A stretch of DNA of 64,000 nt. Source: Mollicutes bacterium Phil14. GTDB lineage: Bacteria; Bacillota_I; Bacilli_A; ML615J-28; CAG-698. The translations under genes were made by a program, and so were the position numbers. The first letter of the stretch is position 1. Every line of letters begins with the position of its first letter. Positions 8,788-17,643 of the stretch are shown one piece after another. The stretch is taken from assembly GCA_001940985.1 (NCBI GenBank), contig MSHB01000021.1, positions 148,446 through 212,445 of the forward strand, read 5' to 3'. The notes below the pieces were generated by a model. The model ran no database searches. It saw only the letters and a program-made list of their open reading frames with translations, and had not been told where the DNA came from.

Positions 8788-9728
8788 TTGAACTAAAAAA
8801 TGATAAACATATTCCAGTATTGCTAGAAGAAGCAATAGAAGGATTAAACATAAAGCCTAATGGCATTTACGTTGACTGTACGATGGGAGGCGCTGGCCAT
8901 GCAAGTGAGATATTGCATAGATTGTCTAGTGAAGGACATTTATATTGCTTTGATCAAGATATATACGCCATTTGTAAAGGGCGTGAAAGATTATCAGCTA
9001 TATCAAGCAACTACACAATTATTGAAACTAACTTTGTTAATATTAAGCATGAACTTGAAAATTTTCATGTAGACAAAGTTGATGGAATTTTATATGACTT
9101 AGGTGTTTCATCTTTTCAATTTGACACTGGAGATCGTGGTTTTAGTTATAACTATGATGCAAGGTTGGATATGAGGATGAATCAAGAACAAGAACTTACA
9201 GCATATGAAATTGTAAATACTTATTCTTTCGAAACTTTAAGAAAAATATTCTATGAATATGGTGAAGAAAGATTTAGTGGAAACATTGCTAAAGAAATTG
9301 TACTTTCAAGAAACAAAAAACCAATTGAAACGACATTTGAATTAGTAGATGTTATAAAAAAAGCTATACCAGCCTTTGCAAGAAGAACGGGAGGTCATCC
9401 TGCTAAAAAAGTTTTTCAAGCTTTGAGGATAGCTGTTAATGATGAATTAAATGTATTTGAAAAATCTTTATCAGATGCTTTAACAATGCTAAAACCTGGT
9501 GGCAGAATTGTAGTAATTACTTTTCATTCATTAGAAGATAGAATATGTAAGCATACTTTTAAAGAAAAAGTTGAAGTGAAGACATTAAGAGGTTTACCTA
9601 TTAAAGATACAGAAATTACTAAAGAGTATAAACTTATTAATAATAAGGTAATAACAGCTAGTGAAAAAGAATTAGAAGAAAACAATAGAGCACACAGTGC
9701 AAAATTAAGAATTATTGAAAAATTATAG
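8784..9728 (+). CDS. rsmH: 16S rRNA (cytosine1402-N4)-methyltransferase RsmH
   Basis: ATGA overlap with mraZ; motifs DCTMGGAGH, DLGVSSFQFD. Confidence 0.95.
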   Translation: MIELKNDKHIPVLLEEAIEGLNIKPNGIYVDCTMGGAGHASEILHRLSSEGHLYCFDQDIYAICKGRERLSAISSNYTIIETNFVNIKHELENFHVDKVDGILYDLGVSSFQFDTGDRGFSYNYDARLDMRMNQEQELTAYEIVNTYSFETLRKIFYEYGEERFSGNIAKEIVLSRNKKPIETTFELVDVIKKAIPAFARRTGGHPAKKVFQALRIAVNDELNVFEKSLSDALTMLKPGGRIVVITFHSLEDRICKHTFKEKVEVKTLRGLPIKDTEITKEYKLINNKVITASEKELEENNRAHSAKLRIIEKL

Positions 9729-9740
9729 GAGGACATAGAT

Positions 9741-9791
9741 ATGTTAAGACCATTACCAAAACCTGTTCAACCACAACCTACTAATTTCTAG
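9741..9791 (+). CDS. candidate 16-aa proline-rich small ORF (MLRPLPKPVQPQPTNF)
   Basis: Perfect AGGAGG 8 nt upstream of the ATG, overlapping the rsmH stop; sits where ftsL would normally follow rsmH. Confidence 0.2.
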   Translation: MLRPLPKPVQPQPTNF

Positions 9792-9876
9792 TTAAATATA
9801 AAACATTAATGTTATGTTTTAAATTTATATATGATTAATTTTTTTTAATCCTAAATTTTTACCCCCCCAAACACAA

Positions 9877-9912
9877 GAGAAGCAAATTAATACTTCTCTT
9901 TTAAAATTTATT
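9877..9912 (+). terminator. Rho-independent terminator
   Basis: AGAGAAGcaaattaataCTTCTCT + TTTTAAAATTT. Confidence 0.6.
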
Positions 9913-9966
9913 GAATTATTTTTTTAATATATATTTTACAAATTTTGTATAAAAAATAAAAAAAGA

Positions 9967-9995
9967 TTGCAAAATATAATTGTCTTTGATATAAT
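9967..9995 (+). promoter_or_regulatory. Candidate promoter TTGCAA-17-TATAAT for the nucleoside ABC transporter operon
   Basis: -35 at 9967-9972, -10 at 9990-9995. Confidence 0.5.
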
Positions 9996-10042
9996 TAAAT
10001 GTGTGTGATATAACACGACATAAAAATAATATGGAGGAAAAC

Positions 10043-11191
10043 ATGAAAAAATTATTTTTAAGTTTATTAGCTGTTTTAGCTATTTTCTTATTTGTTGGCT
10101 GTGGTGGTAACTCAAGTAGTGAAATCGCAATGATTACAGACTATGGTGATATCACTGACCAATCTTTTAATCAAACTACTTGGGAAGCTGTAAAAGAATA
10201 TGCAAAGAAAAATAACAAAACTTATGCATATTACAAACCAACTGGTGACTCAACTGCTGAAAGAGTAGCAAAAATTGAACAAGCAATTAAAAAAGGTGCA
10301 AAAGTTGTTGTAATGCCTGGTTATGCATTTGCTGGTGCAATTTATGAAGTTCAAGATGAATATAAAGATGTTAAATTTATCGCATTAGACGTTTCTCAAT
10401 GGGATATAGAAGATCAATTCTATAATCATGATGAAAAAGGTAATAGAACTACTTTAAAAGATGCTAACAATCCAGAACACATTTCTAGTAATGTAGTATC
10501 TATCGTGTTCCAAGAAGAAGAAGCTGGTTATCTTGCTGGTTATGCAGCAGTTAAAAATGGCGAAACTAAACTTGGTTTCTTAGGCGGTATGGCTGTTCCT
10601 GCAGTTCAACGTTTCGGTTTAGGTTATGTTCAAGGTATCGCTGCAGCTGCAAAAGAAAAAGATGTTAATGTTGATTTATGGTATGTTTATGGTGGACAAT
10701 TCTTTGGTGATGCTACTATTAAAGCAGCAATGGACAAATGGGTTCAAGATGGTTGCCAAACTATTTTCGCATGTGGTGGTGGAATCTACACTTCTGTAGT
10801 TGATGCTATTACTGGTAAAGAAAATCATAAATTAATCGGTGTTGACACAGACCAAAGTAAGACAGTTACTAAAGCTACAGTTTTAACTTCTGCTATGAAA
10901 GGTTTAACTGATGCAACAGTTGCTTGTTTAGATGAATTCTATGGCGATTGGACAGTTGGCGGAAAAGTATTAACTTACGGATTAAAGACTGATACTAATA
11001 AAGAATTCGTTGGTTTACCACGTGCTACATGGACAATGAAGAACTTTACTATAGCTGATTATGATAAAGTAATCGCTGCTATTAGAAGTGGAAATGTTAA
11101 AATTTCTGCTGATACTACTGCAACAGTTGAAAGCTTAATTAACGAAAAAGTTACAATTAAGAACGAAAACGTTGGTGGATCAATTAAATAA
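10043..11191 (+). CDS. BMP-family (PnrA/Med-like) nucleoside-binding lipoprotein, ABC substrate-binding component
   Basis: Signal peptide with lipobox LFVGC; BMP family motifs; followed by a two-domain ABC ATPase and two permeases. Confidence 0.85.
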   Translation: MKKLFLSLLAVLAIFLFVGCGGNSSSEIAMITDYGDITDQSFNQTTWEAVKEYAKKNNKTYAYYKPTGDSTAERVAKIEQAIKKGAKVVVMPGYAFAGAIYEVQDEYKDVKFIALDVSQWDIEDQFYNHDEKGNRTTLKDANNPEHISSNVVSIVFQEEEAGYLAGYAAVKNGETKLGFLGGMAVPAVQRFGLGYVQGIAAAAKEKDVNVDLWYVYGGQFFGDATIKAAMDKWVQDGCQTIFACGGGIYTSVVDAITGKENHKLIGVDTDQSKTVTKATVLTSAMKGLTDATVACLDEFYGDWTVGGKVLTYGLKTDTNKEFVGLPRATWTMKNFTIADYDKVIAAIRSGNVKISADTTATVESLINEKVTIKNENVGGSIK

Positions 11192-11199
11192 TGATAAAA

Positions 11200-11240
11200 T
11201 TAAGGGTTAGGAATTTTTCTAACCCTAATTTTTTTCTTTT
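11200..11240 (+). terminator. Terminator or attenuator hairpin after the lipoprotein gene
   Basis: GGGTTAGgaatttttCTAACCC + long T-run. Confidence 0.55.
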
Positions 11241-11295
11241 TTTTTTGTAATTGTTGTGTTATAATATAGTTAATTGTGAGCAAAGGTGGAAAAAA

Positions 11296-12834
11296 ATGAG
11301 TGATTATGTAATTGAAATGATTAACATTACCAAAAAATTTCCTGGAATTGTGGCCAACGATAATATTACATTGCAACTAAAGAAAGGTGAAATTCATGCC
11401 TTACTTGGTGAAAATGGTGCTGGTAAATCTACTTTGATGAGTGTTTTATTTGGCTTATATCAACCTGAAGAAGGTTACATCAAAAAAGATGGTAAGAAAG
11501 TAATTATCAACTCTCCTAATGATGCTACTGCTCTTCATATTGGTATGGTGCATCAACATTTTAAATTAGTAGAAATATTTACAGTTTTAGATAATATTAT
11601 TTTGGGTGCTGAGCCTACGAAATATGGTTTTATTGAAAGAAAAAAAGGTGCTGAAAGAATTAAAAAACTTTCAGAACAATACGGATTATCAGTAGATTTA
11701 AATGCAGTTGTTGAAGACATTACTGTTGGTATGCAGCAAAGAGTAGAAATTTTGAAGATGTTATATCGTGATAATGATATATTAATTTTTGATGAACCCA
11801 CTGCTGTATTAACTCCACAAGAAATTGATGAGTTAATGAAGATAATGAAGAACTTAGCAGCTGAAGGAAAATCAATACTTTTCATCACACATAAATTAAA
11901 TGAAATTATGAGTGTTGCTGATAGATGTACAGTTTTAAGAAAAGGTAAATGTATTGGAACTGTTAATGTCGCTGATACAACAAAAGAAGAATTATCTGAA
12001 ATGATGGTTGGACGTAAAGTTGAATTTTCAGTACAAAAGCCAGAAATAACTCCAGGAGAAGTTGTTTTAGAAGTTAAAAACGTTTCTGTGGCTTCAAAAA
12101 TTCATAAAGGCGAAGCTGTTAAAAATGTTAGTTTTAATGTTCGTCAAGGTGAAATTGTATGTATAGCTGGTATTGATGGAAACGGTCAAACTGAGTTTAT
12201 CCATGCATTATCTGGTTTGGATAAAGTAAAAAGTGGTGAAATTCTATTAAAAGGAAAAAATATCACTCATGCTCCAATAAGAGAAAGATCTAAAGATGGT
12301 ATGAGTCATATCCCTGAAGATCGTCAAAAACATGGTTTGGTGTTAGATTATTCTCTTGAAGATAATTTAGTGTTACAAAAATACTGGGAACCAGAATTTG
12401 TAAATAAAGGCTTTTTAAGAAGAAAAAATATTAGAAAATACGCGGAAAAATTGATTGAACAATACGATGTTAGAAGTGGTCAAGGACCAATAACTATTTG
12501 TCGTTCTATGTCAGGTGGAAATCAACAAAAAGCTATCGTTGCTCGTGAAATTGATAAAAATCCTGATTTATTGATTGCTGTTCAACCTACTCGTGGATTA
12601 GATGTAGGTGCTATAGAGTATATTCATAAACAAATTGTTTCTCAAAGAAATAGTATGAAGGCTGTTTTATTGGTATCACTTGAATTAGATGAAGTTATGG
12701 ATTTGTCTGATAGAATACTAGTAATGTATGAAGGAGAAATAGTTGGTGAGTTAGATCCAAAAACTACTACTGTTCAAGAATTAGGCTTATATATGGCTGG
12801 TGCTAAAAGAAATGTAGGTGAAAACCATGAATAG
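11296..12834 (+). CDS. ABC transporter ATP-binding protein, duplicated ATPase (nucleoside/sugar type)
   Basis: Two Walker A sites (GENGAGKST; GIDGNGQTE) and two signature motifs. Confidence 0.9.
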   Translation: MSDYVIEMINITKKFPGIVANDNITLQLKKGEIHALLGENGAGKSTLMSVLFGLYQPEEGYIKKDGKKVIINSPNDATALHIGMVHQHFKLVEIFTVLDNIILGAEPTKYGFIERKKGAERIKKLSEQYGLSVDLNAVVEDITVGMQQRVEILKMLYRDNDILIFDEPTAVLTPQEIDELMKIMKNLAAEGKSILFITHKLNEIMSVADRCTVLRKGKCIGTVNVADTTKEELSEMMVGRKVEFSVQKPEITPGEVVLEVKNVSVASKIHKGEAVKNVSFNVRQGEIVCIAGIDGNGQTEFIHALSGLDKVKSGEILLKGKNITHAPIRERSKDGMSHIPEDRQKHGLVLDYSLEDNLVLQKYWEPEFVNKGFLRRKNIRKYAEKLIEQYDVRSGQGPITICRSMSGGNQQKAIVAREIDKNPDLLIAVQPTRGLDVGAIEYIHKQIVSQRNSMKAVLLVSLELDEVMDLSDRILVMYEGEIVGELDPKTTTVQELGLYMAGAKRNVGENHE

Positions 12835-14083
12835 TACTTTCAAAGATAAAATTAAAAGTGTTTTTTCAAATCTTAGAAATAGAATTAGAGATTTCTTTGT
12901 AAAAGGTAAACAAGAAAAAAGTGGATTACAAAAGTTTTTAACTACTGATGCTTTTAAGAATTTCTTATCTTCTGTAATCTGTGTTATTATTGGTTTACTA
13001 GTTGGTATAATTGTTATAGTAATAGTTAATGCTCCAAATTCAGCCGAAGCTATTGCCTCCATTTTAAAGGGTGGATTTAATGCTCCAAAATGGCAAAGAG
13101 GAGTTGGTTCAGTATTAGTTAATGCGATACCATTATTACTTTGTAGCTTATCAATAATTTTTGCCTATAAATGTGGTTTATTTAACATTGGTGCTCCTGG
13201 ACAATATGTAATTGGTGCAATGTTTGCATTTTTAGGTGCATTTTTCCTAAAGGCTCCATGGTATGTATGCTTAATACTTTCAGCTATTGGTGGTGCTCTT
13301 TGGGGAATAATTCCTGGCTTTTTTAAGGCGTTTTTAAGTGTTAATGAAGTTATTACTTCTATAATGTTTAATTGGATTGGATTGTATTTACTTAATTTCG
13401 TAGCTGGTCCTGAAGCTGGAATTATGTATAATGAGAATTTGGCTGAATGTTTTATTCTTCCAAAAAGTTCCCTTTTACCAACACTTGGATTTGATAAAAT
13501 GTTAAGTGGATATAAATATGTAACTGTTGCCTTTTATATTGCTATTATTTTAGCTATAGTAGTTAGAATTATATTGAATAAGACTAAATTTGGTTATGAA
13601 ATAAAAGCTACTGGTAATAACAAAGATGCAGCTAAATATGCTGGTATGAATTATAAACGTAATTTAATAATTACAATGGCAATCTCTGGTGCATTAGCTG
13701 GTATTGCTGCAGGATGTTTTTATTTGACTGGATACGAAGTTTATTCAGCAACAAAACAAACTTCACTTCCAGCAATGGGATTTAATGGAATTGCTGCTGC
13801 CTTTTTAGGATGTCTAAATCCAATTGGTTCAATTTTCTCATCTTTATTAATAACTCATATTAATGTTGGTGGAGGATACTTAGATACTACATATTATAGT
13901 AAGGAAATTGGAGATTTAATTTCATCTTTAATAATATATTTATGTGCATTTTCACTATTTATTAGACTTACTATTACTAAAATTCAAAATAGAAAAAAAG
14001 AGCTTGCTGAAGCAAATAATGCTACACCAGAAAAAAATCCTGATGTAAAAGAAGAAAAGGTCGGTGAAAAAGAATGCCACTAG
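12827..14083 (+). CDS. ABC transporter permease
   Basis: Multi-TM protein overlapping the ATPase stop; BMP/nucleoside transporter permease family. Confidence 0.85.
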   Translation: MNSTFKDKIKSVFSNLRNRIRDFFVKGKQEKSGLQKFLTTDAFKNFLSSVICVIIGLLVGIIVIVIVNAPNSAEAIASILKGGFNAPKWQRGVGSVLVNAIPLLLCSLSIIFAYKCGLFNIGAPGQYVIGAMFAFLGAFFLKAPWYVCLILSAIGGALWGIIPGFFKAFLSVNEVITSIMFNWIGLYLLNFVAGPEAGIMYNENLAECFILPKSSLLPTLGFDKMLSGYKYVTVAFYIAIILAIVVRIILNKTKFGYEIKATGNNKDAAKYAGMNYKRNLIITMAISGALAGIAAGCFYLTGYEVYSATKQTSLPAMGFNGIAAAFLGCLNPIGSIFSSLLITHINVGGGYLDTTYYSKEIGDLISSLIIYLCAFSLFIRLTITKIQNRKKELAEANNATPEKNPDVKEEKVGEKECH

Positions 14084-14979
14084 TATTAGAATACACATTA
14101 GTTTTTACTACCGTTTTAGCACTTGTAGCTCTTGGTGGAATGTTTTCTGAACGTAGTGGTGTTATTAACTTAGGTTTAGAAGGCATTATGGTTATTGGAG
14201 CATTAGCTGGTGCTATTGTTACATCAGTTTTATCAAAAGCAAATTGTCCTAATTTTTTGAACGTAATAGTTTCAATTATAGCTTCAATGATATCAGGATG
14301 GTTATTTTCAATGCTTTTAGGAATAGCGTGTATAAAATTTAAAGCCGATCAGACAATTACTGGTACAGCCTTAAATATAATGAGTACAGCATTAGCTGTA
14401 GTTATTGCAAGAATGTACACTAAGACTCCATCTTCACAAGTTGATTATACTCGTCAAATCTATATGTTTAGTTATGATGGTAATGTTGGAATTTTCCTAA
14501 TATTCATGTTGGTTGCAACTTTTGCTAGTTATGTTTTCTTGTTTAAGACTAGTGGTGGTTTACGATTAATGTCATGTGGAGAACACCCACAAGCAGCTGA
14601 TTCTGTAGGAATTAACGTTTATAAAGAAAGATATTTAGGCGTTAGTATATCAGGAATCTTAGGAGGTTTGGGTGGATTTGCTTATATTGTTCAATCTGCT
14701 GGACAATGGGACTTTAAATATGGTGTTACTGGATTTGGATTTTTAGCCCTAGCTGTTATGATTTTTGGTCAATGGAAACCAATAAAAATTCTTTTGGCTG
14801 CCTTGGTGTTTGGTTTATGTCAAACTGTTGCTATAATATATTCAGGAACTTTAGGCATTCCGCAATTTGTTTATAAGATGCTTCCATATATAGTTTGTAT
14901 GATAGTTTTAGTTTTAACATCTAAAAAGTCACGTGCACCAAAAGCCGAAGGACAACCATACGATCAAGGAAAGAGATAA
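14074..14979 (+). CDS. ABC transporter permease
   Basis: Multi-TM protein overlapping the upstream permease. Confidence 0.85.
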   Translation: MPLVLEYTLVFTTVLALVALGGMFSERSGVINLGLEGIMVIGALAGAIVTSVLSKANCPNFLNVIVSIIASMISGWLFSMLLGIACIKFKADQTITGTALNIMSTALAVVIARMYTKTPSSQVDYTRQIYMFSYDGNVGIFLIFMLVATFASYVFLFKTSGGLRLMSCGEHPQAADSVGINVYKERYLGVSISGILGGLGGFAYIVQSAGQWDFKYGVTGFGFLALAVMIFGQWKPIKILLAALVFGLCQTVAIIYSGTLGIPQFVYKMLPYIVCMIVLVLTSKKSRAPKAEGQPYDQGKR

Positions 14980-15041
14980 AATTAGAAAATTAGAAAATGA
15001 TTATTTATCACTTTCTTTTTTACAAAAATATGAGGAACAAA

Positions 15042-15302
15042 ATGAATGAAAAAAATGAATTAATTGATAATATGAAAAAAATACATACTACAATAATGGG
15101 ACTAGAAAGATTAAAGCGAAACTTAAAAAGTGTATTAGCTGAAGAAGAACCATGTGAATTTTGTAAAAGATTAATATTAGATAGTGATTGCAAAATAAAA
15201 AGACAAGGTAAAAATTTTTATTGTAGTAAGAATAATATAATTATAACTATAAATTCTTATAGTTATACGATAATAACAGCTCATATTTATAAAAATCTGT
15301 AA
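15042..15302 (+). CDS. hypothetical small Cys-containing protein
   Basis: Open frame MNEKNELIDNMKKIHTT...; longer ORF-track start 14997 is possible; no recognisable domain. Confidence 0.3.
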   Translation: MNEKNELIDNMKKIHTTIMGLERLKRNLKSVLAEEEPCEFCKRLILDSDCKIKRQGKNFYCSKNNIIITINSYSYTIITAHIYKNL

Positions 15303-15341
15303 CAAAAAAAGAAGTTTGTTTAATATAAAATTTTGCTATTT

Positions 15342-15360
15342 TTAGGCAACAAAATGCCAA
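15342..15360. promoter_or_regulatory. Palindromic motif copy 1 (TTAGGCAACAAAATGCCAA), candidate operator
   Basis: GGCA-N6-TGCC inverted repeat; near-identical second copy 82 bp downstream; the two flank a TTGAAA-17-TATTAT promoter. Confidence 0.5.
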
Positions 15361-15387
15361 AAAATAGAAAAAAATGTCTATAAAATC

Positions 15388-15416
15388 TTGAAAAACACCT
15401 AAAAAAAGTGTATTAT
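15388..15416 (+). promoter_or_regulatory. Candidate promoter TTGAAA-17-TATTAT for the HTH-TPR regulator gene
   Basis: -35 at 15388-15393, -10 at 15411-15416. Confidence 0.45.
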
Positions 15417-15423
15417 TACATTG

Positions 15424-15441
15424 TTAGGCAAAAAATGCCAA
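15424..15441. promoter_or_regulatory. Palindromic motif copy 2 (TTAGGCAAAAAATGCCAA), candidate operator
   Basis: Same GGCA-N6-TGCC motif just downstream of the -10. Confidence 0.5.
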
Positions 15442-15479
15442 TTTATTAATTTTGTTGTCTTGGGACGGTGATTAAAATT

Positions 15480-16601
15480 ATGGTACAAATTAGTTTGACT
15501 GATTATCTTCAAACTAAAATGTTTTTTCAATTATTTGATGCTTTGTTAAAAGAAGAATTAATTAATAAGGATTACTATTTAGAAAGTATTGGAATTTCGC
15601 CTAGTTCATATCGACGTGCAAAAAATGAAGAACAAAAAGTAGGTTTGCAAATTGTACAAACTTTATCTGAAAAATTTAATTTAAAAATGACTCCTATTGA
15701 AGTTTTAGATAATTTAGAAGATATGTGTAATGATATATATTTTGATATGTACTATAAGATATATGATAGATATGAACTGTATTTAGCAGAAATTGAAAAA
15801 CTATTGGAACAAAATTATAATGTTTACCCAATTTTCAAGTTGTTAAAATTATTCATATTGATTAATGCACCTAAATTTTCTGATGAATTATATCAAAATT
15901 ATTTAGACTTATTTAATGAAGTGAAAAAATATAAAAACTTTTATAATCCAAGCTTGAGAGGAATATACAATCTATTTATATTGACATTTGAAAGCAATTC
16001 AATAGATTATAACTTAGCTAAAGAGTTATACGGAGGTTTTTCATATTATGTTGCTTCATTTCGTTCTTGGAAAGATAAAAAATATACTGAATGCTTGTAT
16101 TATGCTGATAAAGCAAAAGATATTTTAGTTAAGGAATCAAATTATAAAAGAATTTCCAATTTAAACTTTAATATTATGAGTAGTTTAATCTATTTAAATC
16201 GTTTTGAAGAGTGCTTTGAGTTAGCATTTGATCAAATGTTAATGCTTGAATCTTTTGCATTTCAAAAAAGTGAAACAAAACGTACTATGAAATATTTACT
16301 TCCAGCCGCTATTGGAATTGGAAAGTATGATTTCGTTGTTAAAAAATTGAAAGATTTAGATACTATGTCACAAGTAGAACTTGTTTGTTATATGGTTTCT
16401 TTAAGTCAGTTATCATTTAAAGATTATGATTCTTTTTATCAAGATAATTTTAAAGATCAGGAATTAAGTGAAAAAGTTTCAAATATCTTAGAATATACAA
16501 ATAATTACATTTTATCCCCAAATAAGGAAAATTTACAAAAATTAGACGAATTTTCTACTTTAAAGTATATAGTTTATGTTCTAAAAAGTTGCAAATTGTA
16601 A
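15480..16601 (+). CDS. XRE-HTH + TPR-like transcriptional regulator (RNPP/Rgg-like architecture)
   Basis: N-terminal HTH (YLESIGISPSSYRRAKNEEQ), remainder helical repeat-like. Start 15480 preferred (GGTGAT RBS); ORF track starts at 15468. Confidence 0.55.
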   Translation: MVQISLTDYLQTKMFFQLFDALLKEELINKDYYLESIGISPSSYRRAKNEEQKVGLQIVQTLSEKFNLKMTPIEVLDNLEDMCNDIYFDMYYKIYDRYELYLAEIEKLLEQNYNVYPIFKLLKLFILINAPKFSDELYQNYLDLFNEVKKYKNFYNPSLRGIYNLFILTFESNSIDYNLAKELYGGFSYYVASFRSWKDKKYTECLYYADKAKDILVKESNYKRISNLNFNIMSSLIYLNRFEECFELAFDQMLMLESFAFQKSETKRTMKYLLPAAIGIGKYDFVVKKLKDLDTMSQVELVCYMVSLSQLSFKDYDSFYQDNFKDQELSEKVSNILEYTNNYILSPNKENLQKLDEFSTLKYIVYVLKSCKL

Positions 16602-16619
16602 AAAAATATAAAAACAGTC

Positions 16620-16650
16620 AAAAACCTTTAAAATTTTAAAGGTTTTTTTG
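16620..16650 (+). terminator. Rho-independent terminator after the regulator gene
   Basis: CCTTTAAAATTTTAAAGG palindrome + TTTTTTT. Confidence 0.65.
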
Positions 16651-16704
16651 TTTTTTTAGGAAAAAAAGTGAAAAACGCTCAAAAATTGCGATTGGTAATA
16701 TTTG

Positions 16705-16733
16705 ACAAATTATTTTAAATTGTCTATAATGTA
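16705..16733 (+). promoter_or_regulatory. Consensus sigma-A promoter TTGACA-17-TATAAT with GACAA/TTGTC inverted repeat in the spacer
   Basis: Perfect hexamers with 17-nt spacer, ~30 nt upstream of the 16766 ORF. Confidence 0.7.
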
Positions 16734-16765
16734 CTTGCTTTTGAAGTAGTAGGGAGGTAATTGAA

Positions 16766-17257
16766 ATGAAAACTATAGGAAAAGCAAAGTATTTATTTAT
16801 CGTGACTTTATTGGTTAGTCTATTTGCAGTTGTACTAACATTGCAAAGTGGCTTAACAAAAGTTAATGCCAGTGACATTTCTGGTTCTAACGTTGGGGAT
16901 GCTGATAATACGCTTAGAGTAGTTGTGGAAAAATCTGATGGAAGTGGGGAAGAAACATTGTTCTATTTAAAAGAGATGATAGGCCTATATGGCGTAAATG
17001 GAAAAATTATAGTTGTTCCAGAAAGTTATGACAATGAAGGTTGTACAGAACTTGGTAATGTTGGTGAATTAACGCAAGAATTTGGTGCTTCAGGAAAAAT
17101 CGTTTTAAAGGGTAAAAATGTTTATACTGAATTAGGCACAATTAGTAGTATCGGCGGATGTGAAACAAATAAAAAGGTTGTTATCGTTGAAGATGATGAT
17201 GATGATCCAGATGTTGTTGGAATCTGCACAATCGGACAATTGGTTTCAATGTCTTGA
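16766..17257 (+). CDS. secreted 163-aa protein (signal peptide; 3 Cys; poly-Asp tract then hydrophobic C-terminus ...EDDDDDPDVVGICTIGQLVSMS)
   Basis: GGGAGG RBS; N-terminal signal peptide MKTIGKAKYLFIVTLLVSLFAVVLTLQSGLTKVNA; no recognised domain. Confidence 0.6.
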   Translation: MKTIGKAKYLFIVTLLVSLFAVVLTLQSGLTKVNASDISGSNVGDADNTLRVVVEKSDGSGEETLFYLKEMIGLYGVNGKIIVVPESYDNEGCTELGNVGELTQEFGASGKIVLKGKNVYTELGTISSIGGCETNKKVVIVEDDDDDPDVVGICTIGQLVSMS

Positions 17258-17303
17258 TTTAATAATGAAATTTATAACACTTAAAGTGAAATAAATTTAC
17301 CAC

Positions 17304-17560
17304 GCAAACTTTTTGCTATTGATGGTAGTTAATAACAATGAATGTATGATTTAATGAGATTTCTAATCCCTATAAAAACAATTATGGAATGGGATGAACT
17401 ATGATTAGTTTTTATAAAAAGAAGTTAGAATTTTGCTTTAAATCTGGGGATGTACAGCTTTTCATTATTAACAAACTAAAAAAAGTAATTGTTGATTAGA
17501 ATACCTTTTCATGCTTTGTTAATTTTGTCTAATAACTGCCATCCATAGCAAAAAGTTTGC
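17304..17560. mobile_element. MITE-like element: 35-bp terminal inverted repeats (17304-17338 and 17526-17560) flanking 187 bp
   Basis: IR-L GCAAACTTTTTGCTATTGATGGTAGTTAATAACAA vs reverse complement of IR-R GCAAACTTTTTGCTATGGATGGCAGTTATTAGACAA (~31/35 identical). Related 14-mer CAAACTTTTTGCTA also at 3521-3536. Confidence 0.45.
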
Positions 17561-17574
17561 ACTCTTCCTTCTTG

Positions 17575-17615
17575 AAAAGCACTTCCACCCCCCTCCGGAG
17601 TGCTTTTTTTTTTAT
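17575..17615 (+). terminator. Strong GC-rich intrinsic terminator/attenuator abutting the PBP gene start
   Basis: AAAGCACTTCC-acccccct-GGAGTGCTTT hairpin + T10; only ~30 nt before the PBP start codon. Confidence 0.65.
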
Positions 17616-17643
17616 TTTTAAATATAATGTATTGGGTGATAAT

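Noticed and set aside
15468-16601. AimR-like arbitrium receptor interpretation of the 377-aa and 417-aa regulators
   Set aside because: Both carry a clear N-terminal XRE-type HTH, and no short aimP-like gene sits immediately downstream; an RNPP/Rgg-like call is more conservative.
17304-17560. Long-range RNA helix (structured ncRNA) interpretation of the 35-bp inverted repeats
   Set aside because: The mismatches between the arms are not compensatory (they would give T-C and A-A clashes), so a DNA-level inverted-repeat (MITE-like) element is favoured. RNA structure is not excluded.
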